NCBI GenBank assembly: GCA_963696325.1
Contig: CAVOJV010000020.1
Span: 1-30,856, forward strand
DNA length: 30,856 nucleotides
From: an uncultured Gammaproteobacteria bacterium
GTDB taxonomy: Bacteria > Pseudomonadota > Gammaproteobacteria > Competibacterales > Competibacteraceae
Reading direction: 5' to 3'
Under the pieces are notes generated by a model that was given only the letters and a program-made list of their open reading frames with translations, did not search any database and was not told where the DNA came from. The number at the start of each line of letters is the position of its first letter. The stretch's first letter is position 1. Positions 7,764 through 16,160 of the stretch are shown piece by piece. The translations under genes and the position numbers were made by a program.

Positions 7764-10700
7764 CTAACCGCTACGCACCTCAATCCTGCTCTGGCCGCCG
7801 GATTGGCGCCGCACCTGAATCTGAATCCCGATCCGTTCGGTCATCTCCTGCACATGAGAGATGACCCCCACCTTGCGGCCCTGGGCCTGCAAATTGTCCA
7901 GGGCGTCCATCGCCACCCGCAGCGTGTCGGCGTCGAGGCTGCCGAAACCCTCGTCGATGAACAGCGATTCCACCCGCACCCGGTTGGAGGACAGTGAGGC
8001 AAGGCCGAGGGCCAGCGCCAGCGAGACCAGGAAGGATTCGCCACCCGACAGGGAATGCACCGAGCGGCACTCGTCGCCCATGTCCTGATCCACTACCATC
8101 AGGGCGAGGGCGTCCTTGACCCGCTCCAACCGGTAGCGGCGGGAGAGATCGGCTAAATGGCGGTTGGCGTAGCCGAGCAGCACGTCGAGGGTGAACTGCT
8201 GGGCGTAGTTGCGGAATTTCTTGCCGTCGGCGGCACCAATCAGTTCGTTCAACTGATTCCAAAGCCGGGTGACTGCTTCCTGTTTGTCGATGAAGCTTTG
8301 CAGTTCTGCTGTTTTGGTGCGGCGGTCGTCGTCCTGGCGCAGATCGAGTTCCGCCTGGATAGCGCGCTGTTTGGCCTGTTCCAATTCGGCGATGGTTTGC
8401 GCATGCGCGGCTTGCACCACGTCCGCCGGGTCCTGGGTAGCGCGTTGTCGTTCGTGTTCCACCCGCTTCGATTGGCGTTCCTTGAGGATTGTTTCGGCGC
8501 GTTGGATGGCGTCGACAAACACCCGCAGCCCCTCCCGTTCCAGCGACAGCCAGGCGCTGTCATGGGCAAGCAGGTCGTGAAGTCGGGCGACATCCAGCGC
8601 TTCGCCGGAATGGCGGGCGTTGAAACCAGCGATCCAGGCATCCAAGGCTAAGCCGGCCTGTTGCTCCGCCTGCTGGGTGTTGTCGAGGGCTGCTCTTGCC
8701 TGAATGAGTACCGCTTCGGCGCTGGCCTGGGCTCGCGCCGCTTTCCTGGTCTCCTCGTCCTGCTTTTGGAGATTGACTCTGGCAGTTTCGATCCCCCTGG
8801 CAAGTTCCGCTTCCACAGCCACGACGGGGCGCCCTCCGAACAGAGCCTGCCGTTGCCGGCGCTTGTCCTGAAGGGCATGATCAATTTTCTCGAAGTCTTC
8901 GGTTGCTCGCTGGAGTTGTACGGATTTTTCAGCGGCGGCCGCAGTGAGATTGCCGATCTCGATTTCGAGCGTGCCACGCCGGATTTGCAGTTGCTTGACG
9001 GTCTCGCTTTGGTTGTTCCATTGCGTGGCCTGTTCCCGTCGATCACGATGGAAGGCGGCGGGATCAGCTTGCCATGCCGGGCGCCAGCTCTGGTCGGGGA
9101 AGGCGGCGTCCAGCGCGGCCAGCCGCTCGTTCAAGCCTTGCGCGGCGTCCGCTTGCCGGTCGCTGGCGGTCTGCACCGCCAGGGTTGTCTGATTGAGCGC
9201 CATTTGCGCGGCGCTCAGGGAGTCCCGCGCCTTCGAATGTTGTTGTTGGGCGTTGTCCCGCGCCGTTTGCGCCTCATCCCTGGCTTTGCTGGCCTGCCGC
9301 AGAGCCTTGTCCTGTTGAGCGATAGCGGCAAGCTGTTCCTGTACCAACTGGCTCTGCGCGGTGAACCAGATTGGACGGTCAGCCTGTGCCCTGGCATCAA
9401 GCTCCGCCGCGACCGGATGAGCGTTCCAGGTGTCGGCATCCCTTTGAATGGCGGCGGTCAGCGGATCGCGCGCTTTGGCAATCGCACTCAGGCGCTGGCG
9501 ACTGCCGTCGAGATTGGCCTTATGCGTCGCTTCCTGTTCGCCAAGGGTATCCAGCGCTTTCCGACAGTCGCTGACTTCGGTCTTGAGGCCGACCAGCATG
9601 GCGCGGGAAGGCGCATCGCCGGCAGCGTAGGGATGTTCCGTCGCACCGCAGACCGGGCAGGGGAAACCCGTCTCCAGATTTTCCCGCAAGGTCTCGACGC
9701 TCTTGGCGCAGGCGGCTTCGGCGGTTTTCAGCGATTTTTCGGCCTGTTCCAGCCGGCCGGCCACTGTCGGTTTGTCCGCCAGAATCTCCTTCAGGGCGGT
9801 TTCGGCCAAGGCGAGCCTGTCCTGAAGTGTTCCCGCTTCATCCCCCAACTCGCGCTGGCGAGCGAGCGAACCGGCGAGCACGTTCCACAACCGCTCGGCA
9901 CTGGCGAGTTGCTCACGGCGGGTTTCGGCGGTTCCGCGACGCGCGGCCAGCGCTTCCGCATCGAAGCCGGCCAATGCGTGTATAGCCGCCTGAAGTTGGG
10001 TTTCCGCGGTGTGGAACGCGGTTTCGGCCTTGACGAGAGCGGCGGCGGCTTTATCCCGCGCCTGCTGCAGCTTCTTTTCGTCCTGTTGCCGGTTGGCGAT
10101 AGCCTGTTCGACCTCTCGCAAGCCGCCTTGGGCTTTGGCCGCCTGTTCGAACAGCATGTCCCAGCGCGACCAATCCTCGGCCAGGGGACGCCACCGTTCG
10201 TTCCTTGCCAGCCAGTCCTGGGCGGTTTTCAGGTCCTGGCCGGTCTGGTTGCGTTCGGACCGCTTGGCGGCAAGATTTTCTTGCGCCTTCGCTTCGACTT
10301 CGCGGGCTTCGGTCAATACCTTGGCGGCGGTGTTGTGGCCGGGGATGAGCGTCGCGATTTCGGCATCCAGCGCCTTGGCGCGGTTGAGGTTGGGATGGGC
10401 CTTGTCGGCGGCCTCCTCGGCGGCGGTGACCGCCTGGCTCGCCAACTCCAGCTTTTCATCCTCCTTCTGTCGGCTTTGCCGCGCCTCGTCCAGCTTGCCT
10501 TCGGCGATGACCAGGCTCTCCCGAGTCCTCGCGACCTCCCCAGCCATGCGCGCAACGGAATCCACCTGGGGGCGGGCGTCTTGTATGGCCTCAACCTGAA
10601 CGAAATAGGCCTGCCGGGGGGCCGCGGCTTCCTGGTCGGCGCAGGCTTTCTGTAGGGTCTCAAGCGCCTGCTGCTCGCTCTGTTGCAGTTTTTCCCAGCC

Positions 10701-11501
10701 TTCATACCACTGTAATCGCCGGCCCAGTTCGTTCTTGCGCTGTTCCAGCGTCGCCGCTTCCGCCTTGGCAGTATCGCGTTCCTGTCCCCGCTGGGCGCGA
10801 ATATCGGCGGCAAGTGGCTGCTGACCGTCGAGTTGGCCCTTCAGGGCATCCAGCGTTTGCTGCTCGGCCTTGGCGCGGTCAAAGGCGCGGATGGAAATGC
10901 CGGTGTAAACATCCAACCCAGTCAGGGTTTCCAACAGTTCCGCCCGTTCATTGTCGTTGGCCTTCAGGAACGCCGCGAACTCGTTCTGGGCCAGCAGCAC
11001 CGCACGGGTGAATTGCGCAAACGACAGCCCCAGCCGTTCCCGAATCGCCTGCTGGACTTCATTTTTTACCCCACCGATGCGTTGCCCACCGTCCAGGGTT
11101 TCCAGCAGCATCTCGGTGTTTTGCAGCTTGCCGCTCGCCTTACCACGAGCGCGGCGCACGCTCCAGCGGGCGCGGTACGCAACCCCGTCGTTGCCCACGA
11201 AATCCACCTCGGCGAAACCCTCGCCCGTGCCCCGGCGCAGCAGGTTGCGAGGATCCTGGGGGGTGATGGTTTCGTCGCCGACATCCGGCAGGCTGACGCC
11301 CTTGACGGTGGCGCGGGTCAAGCGTGGAGTTTCGTCATACAGCGCCAGACACAAGGCGTCGAGCAGGGTACTCTTGCCAGACCCAGTGGGGCCGCAGATG
11401 GCGAACAGGCCAGTGGAGGCGAGTGGTTCCTGGTGGAAGTGCAGTTCGAACTCGCCAGCCAGCGAGGCCAGATTCTTGCCGCGAATGGCGAGGATTCTCA
11501 C
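7764..11501 (-). CDS. sbcC: Exonuclease SbcC (Rad50-like SMC ATPase), 1245 aa, with no frame breaks.
   Basis: The N-terminus carries the Walker A motif 'FAICGPTGSGKSTLLDALCLALY'. A long coiled coil with a CPVCG zinc-hook follows. The C-terminus carries the signature/Walker B 'SLSGGESFLVSLALALGL…LFIDEGFGSLD'. Its ATG overlaps the sbcD stop (ATGA). Confidence 0.9.
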   Translation of the reverse strand: MRILAIRGKNLASLAGEFELHFHQEPLASTGLFAICGPTGSGKSTLLDALCLALYDETPRLTRATVKGVSLPDVGDETITPQDPRNLLRRGTGEGFAEVDFVGNDGVAYRARWSVRRARGKASGKLQNTEMLLETLDGGQRIGGVKNEVQQAIRERLGLSFAQFTRAVLLAQNEFAAFLKANDNERAELLETLTGLDVYTGISIRAFDRAKAEQQTLDALKGQLDGQQPLAADIRAQRGQERDTAKAEAATLEQRKNELGRRLQWYEGWEKLQQSEQQALETLQKACADQEAAAPRQAYFVQVEAIQDARPQVDSVARMAGEVARTRESLVIAEGKLDEARQSRQKEDEKLELASQAVTAAEEAADKAHPNLNRAKALDAEIATLIPGHNTAAKVLTEAREVEAKAQENLAAKRSERNQTGQDLKTAQDWLARNERWRPLAEDWSRWDMLFEQAAKAQGGLREVEQAIANRQQDEKKLQQARDKAAAALVKAETAFHTAETQLQAAIHALAGFDAEALAARRGTAETRREQLASAERLWNVLAGSLARQRELGDEAGTLQDRLALAETALKEILADKPTVAGRLEQAEKSLKTAEAACAKSVETLRENLETGFPCPVCGATEHPYAAGDAPSRAMLVGLKTEVSDCRKALDTLGEQEATHKANLDGSRQRLSAIAKARDPLTAAIQRDADTWNAHPVAAELDARAQADRPIWFTAQSQLVQEQLAAIAQQDKALRQASKARDEAQTARDNAQQQHSKARDSLSAAQMALNQTTLAVQTASDRQADAAQGLNERLAALDAAFPDQSWRPAWQADPAAFHRDRREQATQWNNQSETVKQLQIRRGTLEIEIGNLTAAAAEKSVQLQRATEDFEKIDHALQDKRRQRQALFGGRPVVAVEAELARGIETARVNLQKQDEETRKAARAQASAEAVLIQARAALDNTQQAEQQAGLALDAWIAGFNARHSGEALDVARLHDLLAHDSAWLSLEREGLRVFVDAIQRAETILKERQSKRVEHERQRATQDPADVVQAAHAQTIAELEQAKQRAIQAELDLRQDDDRRTKTAELQSFIDKQEAVTRLWNQLNELIGAADGKKFRNYAQQFTLDVLLGYANRHLADLSRRYRLERVKDALALMVVDQDMGDECRSVHSLSGGESFLVSLALALGLASLSSNRVRVESLFIDEGFGSLDADTLRVAMDALDNLQAQGRKVGVISHVQEMTERIGIQIQVRRQSGGQSRIEVRSG

Positions 11502-12745
11502 GGGGCGCCCTCCCCGTCGGAGGCCAGCAACAGTTCTGTGAAGGCGGCGAGCAGCGCGGCGGAAGGTTCCGCGCCACCGTATTTCGACCTGTGGAGTTTC
11601 TTGAAGATGTCATCCGGTTGCAGCCGCCCCAGTTCGTCCAGCGATTGTGGACCGCTGGCGGAATCGTTCTCAACACTACTTCCGTAGCTGGTTTCGATTC
11701 GGGTCAGCCGTACCGGCTTGCCGTCCAGCACCGACTCGACGCGGGCGCGCAACCCCGGCTCCGGTGCCTTCAGCCGCACCCGCACTTCCAGATAAGGCTG
11801 TGCGTCCAGCGGTGTATCCGGGAGATCGAGCACCGCGAGGGCACCCAGCACCTCATCCAGCGGCGCGGGTTGCGCGGGCACCCGCATTAACTCCACGAAA
11901 CGTGGGATGCTGATCGTGGTGATTTCCGTGACAGCATCGCCATCCAGATCAATGCGGACCACCTGATGGGGATAGCGGATTTCCGCGAACGACATCGGCA
12001 GCGGACTGCCGCAGTAGCGCACCCGCGCCTGACCGCCGACCTTTTGGGCGCGATGCAAATGCCCCAGCGCGGCGTAGGCGATAACTGGATCGAACACCTC
12101 CACCGGCAGTGCCTCGGCCCCGCCGATGACGATGCGCCGCTCGGAGTCCTCGGAAGTCTGGCCGCCGCTCATGTGGCAGTGGCCGAGCGCGACGATGGCC
12201 TGGCCGTTTTCCCGGCGACTCAGGGCGAGTTCCAGCGCCCGCCGGTAGAGCATGGCGACGCCTTCCAGATACGGATCGCCCACCGTCTCCACCCGCGGCA
12301 CGTCACCAGGTCGCAGGAAGGGAACCGCCAGACACCAGGCGGCGATGTCGCCGTCTCGGTTTCTGAGCGGCACCACCAGGCGGTCGAGTTCGATGTCGCC
12401 GCGCGGGTCACGGGTGACATGGCCGACCACGCTGGCATCGAAGGCTGCGAACAACGGCGCGGGTGCTTCCAGCCGCCCCGGCGAGTCGTGATTGCCGGCG
12501 ATGATAACGACATCGAGCCGGGGGACACGGCGCTTGGCCGCGGTGAGGAAGCGGTAGAATTGCTTCTGGGCGGCGGCGGACGGATTGGCGTTATCGAAAA
12601 TGTCGCCGGCAATCAGCAACGCGTCGGTCTGTTCCGCCTCGACCGTGTCCAACAGCCAGTCGAGAAAGCGCTGATGCTCGTAACCGCGGTCGAAAGTGTG
12701 CAGGGTCTGGCCGAGATGCCAGTCCGAGGTGTGCAGCAGGCGCAC
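11498..12745 (-). CDS. sbcD: Nuclease SbcD (Mre11-like metallophosphoesterase).
   Basis: The N-terminus 'MRLLHTSDWHLGQTLHTFDRGYEHQRFLDWLLDTVEAEQTDALLIAGDIFD…AGNHDS' is collinear with E. coli SbcD. The gene is translationally coupled to sbcC. Confidence 0.9.
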   Translation of the reverse strand: MRLLHTSDWHLGQTLHTFDRGYEHQRFLDWLLDTVEAEQTDALLIAGDIFDNANPSAAAQKQFYRFLTAAKRRVPRLDVVIIAGNHDSPGRLEAPAPLFAAFDASVVGHVTRDPRGDIELDRLVVPLRNRDGDIAAWCLAVPFLRPGDVPRVETVGDPYLEGVAMLYRRALELALSRRENGQAIVALGHCHMSGGQTSEDSERRIVIGGAEALPVEVFDPVIAYAALGHLHRAQKVGGQARVRYCGSPLPMSFAEIRYPHQVVRIDLDGDAVTEITTISIPRFVELMRVPAQPAPLDEVLGALAVLDLPDTPLDAQPYLEVRVRLKAPEPGLRARVESVLDGKPVRLTRIETSYGSSVENDSASGPQSLDELGRLQPDDIFKKLHRSKYGGAEPSAALLAAFTELLLASDGEGAP

Positions 12746-12949
12746 GATACCGTCCTCCCTTCATCATAGGGTACTTGGCTGATCGATCGCGGCGAGCAGC
12801 AGGATACCGCCAAATAACACGATGGCCAGCGAGCCGGCGATGGACAGCCCCTGATGAATCCGGTTCTCCCAGACAATGGCGGCCCCCGCCATCCACACGA
12901 TAGCCCTTCTCGACAGCACTGTGAATAGCGCCAGGGCCGATAGAGTGAG

Positions 12950-13171
12950 CGCCGCGCACGGCGCAACAGATAGAACCGTTGTTCATCTCGAAGATTTCCT
13001 CGTCAGCATCGAACACAACCTGGTGATCGATGCCGATTTCGCCGAAGTCGTTCTCGATGACGGCGCTGCGCTTGCCGGGCTGGCGAGCCAGGATGTGATT
13101 GAGCAAGGTGGTCTTGCCGGCTCCCAAAATCCAGTGAGTACGGTGACGGGTACCTTTTCGTGGCTGGCCAT
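12950..13171 (-). pseudogene. N-terminal remnant (~75 aa) of a COG0523 (CobW/ZigA/YeiR-type) zinc-chaperone GTPase. It is frameshifted and lacks its C-terminus.
   Basis: Frame 1 reads 'MASHEKVPVTVLTGF'. It continues in a second frame as 'LGAGKTTLLNHILARQPGKRSAVIENDFGEIGIDHQVVFDADEEIFEMNNGSICCAVRG' (P-loop plus CxCC motif). No recognisable GTPase sequence follows; the frame instead runs into sbcD. Confidence 0.7.
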
Positions 13172-13200
13172 GCCGCACCCCTTGGAGGTTTGCTATCGGG

Positions 13201-14139
13201 TTAATTCTTCGCCATCGCCGCCGCAAGGGCGGGCACATTGTGACGGAAAATGCCAATATAGGTATCACCCGGCTTGCCGGCGGGAGCCAGCGCATCCGAG
13301 TACAAGGTACCGCCGACCACGCCGCCGGCCTCGTCGGCGATGCGCTTGAGCAAACGCGGGTCGCTCATGTTCTCGACAAACAGCGCCCGCACGCCAGCCT
13401 GTTTGATCTGACGGACCAGGTTGGCAACGTCCTTGGCGGAAGGCTCGCTCTCGGTGCTCCAACCCACCGGGGCAAGGAACTGCACCCCATAGGCAGCGCC
13501 AAAATAGCCGAAGGCGTCATGCGAGGTAATCACCTTACGTTTAACGGCCGGGACGGCGGCGAGTTGCCCGCGCACCCACTGGTCGGTTTCCTTGAGTTGT
13601 GCCAGGTAGGCTTCGCCGCGCCGCTGATAAGCCTCGGCATGGGCCGGGTCGGCCTTGGCAAGGGCGGCGGTGATGTTGGCCACATAGCGCTGGCCGTTGG
13701 CCAGATCCTGCCAGGCATGGGGGTCTGTTATCAGGCCGTGGCCGTGCCCCTCATGCTTGTCTTGGCCGTGGCTGTCCTTGGCATGTTCTGCCTCTTCTTC
13801 CTTCAGCTGCCGAGGCGGGATGCCCTGGCTCGCTACCACTACCGTGCCTTTATAATTGGCGGCCTTGATCAGGCGGTCTATCCAGCCTTCGAAGCCCAGG
13901 CCATTCACCACCACCAGATTGGCGTTACCCACGGCCTTGGCATCCGCCGGGGTTGCTTCAAAAACGTGGGCGTCTCCATCGGGACCCACCAGGGTGGTAA
14001 CGGTCACATCCTCACCGCCGACATTCTTCACGAGATCCCCAAGAATGCTGAAGCTGGCCACGACCCGCAGTGGTTCCGCCCAAGCCGTGGGTACTATCAG
14101 AACGAGCGCCAAGGCCATGTGTTTCAGATAAAACCGCAT
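13201..14139 (-). CDS. znuA: Zinc ABC transporter substrate-binding protein ZnuA (TroA-like cluster 9) with a His-rich loop.
   Basis: It has a signal peptide. Conserved ZnuA segments are present, including 'LRVVASFSILGDLVKNVGG', 'VITSHDAFGYF' and the His-rich loop 'EHAKDSHGQDKHEGHGHG'. Confidence 0.85.
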   Translation of the reverse strand: MRFYLKHMALALVLIVPTAWAEPLRVVASFSILGDLVKNVGGEDVTVTTLVGPDGDAHVFEATPADAKAVGNANLVVVNGLGFEGWIDRLIKAANYKGTVVVASQGIPPRQLKEEEAEHAKDSHGQDKHEGHGHGLITDPHAWQDLANGQRYVANITAALAKADPAHAEAYQRRGEAYLAQLKETDQWVRGQLAAVPAVKRKVITSHDAFGYFGAAYGVQFLAPVGWSTESEPSAKDVANLVRQIKQAGVRALFVENMSDPRLLKRIADEAGGVVGGTLYSDALAPAGKPGDTYIGIFRHNVPALAAAMAKN

Positions 14140-14154
14140 AGGTAACTCCTTCGG

Positions 14155-15030
14155 TTAAGCTTGCAGATGCCTACCGCGCAGAAATCGGCCACGTAAGCCG
14201 TCTTGGCTACCCAGGACGATGGAAACCACATAAATGACCCCGGCGGTGAGAATGATGGCAGGCCCGGAAGGCAGATTGCCGTGGTAGGACAGCAACAAAC
14301 CCACGTAACCGGACAGTACCGCGATACCCGTCGCAACGGCGGCCATGGTCCATACCTGTTGCGTCCAGAAGCGGGCGGCGGCGGCGGGCAACATCATCAA
14401 ACCCACCGCCATCAGCGTGCCCAGGGCCTGGAAACCGGCCACCAGGTTGAGCACCAGCAGCATCAGAAACAGCAGGTGGTAGACCGCGCCATGGGCTTGC
14501 ACGGACCGCAAGAACTCCGGATCGAAACATTCCACGATCAAGGGTCGGTAAATCACCGCCAGGCTCAACAAGGTCACGCTGGCGATACTCGCTACCAGCA
14601 ACAGCGACACATCGTCTACCGCCAGAATGGTGCCGAACAGCACATGCAACAGGTCCACGTTGCTACCCCGGGTAGAGACTATCAACACACCCAGCGCCAG
14701 CGAGATCAGATAGAAAACGGCGAAACTGGCATCCTCACGTTGTTCCGTGAAGCGGGTCACCAGGCCCGCCAGCAAAGCCACCACCAGGCCGGCAACGAAA
14801 CCGCCAATACTCATGGCGGTTAGGGAAAAGCCCGCTACCAAAAACCCGATGGCCGCTCCCGGCAAAACCGCGTGGGACATGACGTCACCCACCAAGCTCA
14901 TGCGCCGCAGCACCAGCAATACCCCCACTGGGCCGCAGCCCAGCCCCAAGGCCAGGCAGGCCACCAGTGCCCGACGCATGAAACTGAATTCCAAAAAGGG
15001 GCGGATTAGCCAATCAAAGAGCACGTTCAT
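14155..15030 (-). CDS. znuB: Zinc ABC transporter permease ZnuB.
   Basis: It is a polytopic membrane protein of the ABC-3 family. Its start at MNVLFD overlaps the znuC stop (ATGA). Confidence 0.85.
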   Translation of the reverse strand: MNVLFDWLIRPFLEFSFMRRALVACLALGLGCGPVGVLLVLRRMSLVGDVMSHAVLPGAAIGFLVAGFSLTAMSIGGFVAGLVVALLAGLVTRFTEQREDASFAVFYLISLALGVLIVSTRGSNVDLLHVLFGTILAVDDVSLLLVASIASVTLLSLAVIYRPLIVECFDPEFLRSVQAHGAVYHLLFLMLLVLNLVAGFQALGTLMAVGLMMLPAAAARFWTQQVWTMAAVATGIAVLSGYVGLLLSYHGNLPSGPAIILTAGVIYVVSIVLGSQDGLRGRFLRGRHLQA

Positions 15031-15770
15031 GGTGGATTTACCGCACACAGCGGGGCTTGTTCATCCCAGGCTTCGGCCATGTGACGGGCGCGCAGCAGAT
15101 TCGTCGGGGTGAGCACCTGGGCGGTATCACCCCAGGCAATGCCGGATCGGGCCATCAGCAGAGTTTCGGGGAAATGGGCGCGCACCTGTTCCAGATCGTG
15201 CAGCACGGCAATCACCGTGCGTTGCTCGCCGTGCCAGCGCCGCACTACCTGTAGCAAATCCGTTGTCGTCCGGGCATCGATGGCGGTAAAGGGCTCATCC
15301 AGCAGGATCAGGGCGGCATCCTGCAATAGCATCCGCGCGAACAGCACGCGCTGAAACTGACCGGCTGAAAGACTGTTGATAAGCCGCCGAGGAAAACCAT
15401 CCAGTTCCACTGCCGCCAGCGCCTTGGCGGCCTTCGTCTTGAGGGCCCCGGTCACGGCGCCAAGTATACCGATGCGCCGCCAATGGCCCAGCATGACGAC
15501 ATCCATGACGGTGATGGGAAAGTTGCGATCGATCTGCGCCTGTTGGGGAAGATAAGCGATATCGCCACGGCTCGGAACGGCAGGTTTGATATGTCCCGTC
15601 GTAACCGGCAGCAGGCCCATGATGGCCTTGAGCAGAGTGCTCTTGCCAGCCCCATTGGGACCCACGATGGCTGTCAACGAACCGCTGTTGAATTGGCCGG
15701 ACAGATGATGTACCGCGGGATGGCGGTGATAACATACCGTCAGATCATCGAGTTGAAGCGCTGGAAGCAT
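15027..15770 (-). CDS. znuC: Zinc ABC transporter ATP-binding protein ZnuC.
   Basis: It carries Walker A 'GPNGAGKST', the signature 'LSAGQFQRV' and Walker B 'ILLDEPFTAID'. Confidence 0.85.
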   Translation of the reverse strand: MLPALQLDDLTVCYHRHPAVHHLSGQFNSGSLTAIVGPNGAGKSTLLKAIMGLLPVTTGHIKPAVPSRGDIAYLPQQAQIDRNFPITVMDVVMLGHWRRIGILGAVTGALKTKAAKALAAVELDGFPRRLINSLSAGQFQRVLFARMLLQDAALILLDEPFTAIDARTTTDLLQVVRRWHGEQRTVIAVLHDLEQVRAHFPETLLMARSGIAWGDTAQVLTPTNLLRARHMAEAWDEQAPLCAVNPP

Positions 15771-15914
15771 GACGTGATTAGTGCAGGGCCCAGGCCACGG
15801 CCAGCCACAGTCCCGCCACTAACGCAATCGCGCCATCAACCGTTGAACCACGCCTGTGGCCAGCAGGCTTAAGCCGGTTGGGTATCGTTTTTGCAAGGCT
15901 GCATTACTCGCTAA

Positions 15915-15955
15915 AATCATAACCATGATCAAAATGGTACTTCATAACATAACTC
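15915..15955. promoter_or_regulatory. AT-rich candidate Zur-operator/promoter region upstream of znuC, shared with the divergent large gene.
   Basis: The sequence 'aaaatcataaccatgatcaaaatggtacttcataacataactc' contains ATAAC/GTTAT-type half sites and a CCAT-N7-ATGG inverted repeat, inside an otherwise GC-rich genome. I could not find an exact Zur-box palindrome. Confidence 0.25.
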
Positions 15956-16035
15956 AGCGAAGTCAAAATTCACAAACAATGGCTGCCGGCAGCGCTGGCC
16001 AGGTGTGAAGTGGTATCCAGCAGTAAGCCGGTTTC

Positions 16036-16068
16036 TTCGCCGTCATCCTGCCATTCCTCCTGCCATTC
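16036..16068. repeat. Tandem direct repeat TCCTGCCATTCC, ~2.7 copies.
   Basis: Read directly: 'tcctgccattcc tcctgccattcc tcctgccag'. It lies in the znuC / large-gene intergenic region. Confidence 0.6.
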
Positions 16069-16160
16069 CTCCTGCCAGTCGTGCGCTGTCTGTTCACATT
16101 TGCGTTGATCTTCATGGCGTTTGGGTTTCCGTGCTACTGTAATTATGGCAATACCCGATT

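Noticed and set aside
8661-10655. 664-aa plus-strand ORF inside sbcC.
   Set aside because: It is fully antisense to the clearly conserved SbcC coding frame. The Arg/Gly/Leu-rich, low-complexity translation has no motifs.
13240-14823. Plus-strand ORFs 13240..14145 (301 aa) and 14203..14823 (206 aa).
   Set aside because: They are antisense shadows of znuA and znuB. The His/Gln/Arg-rich composition is non-coding-like.
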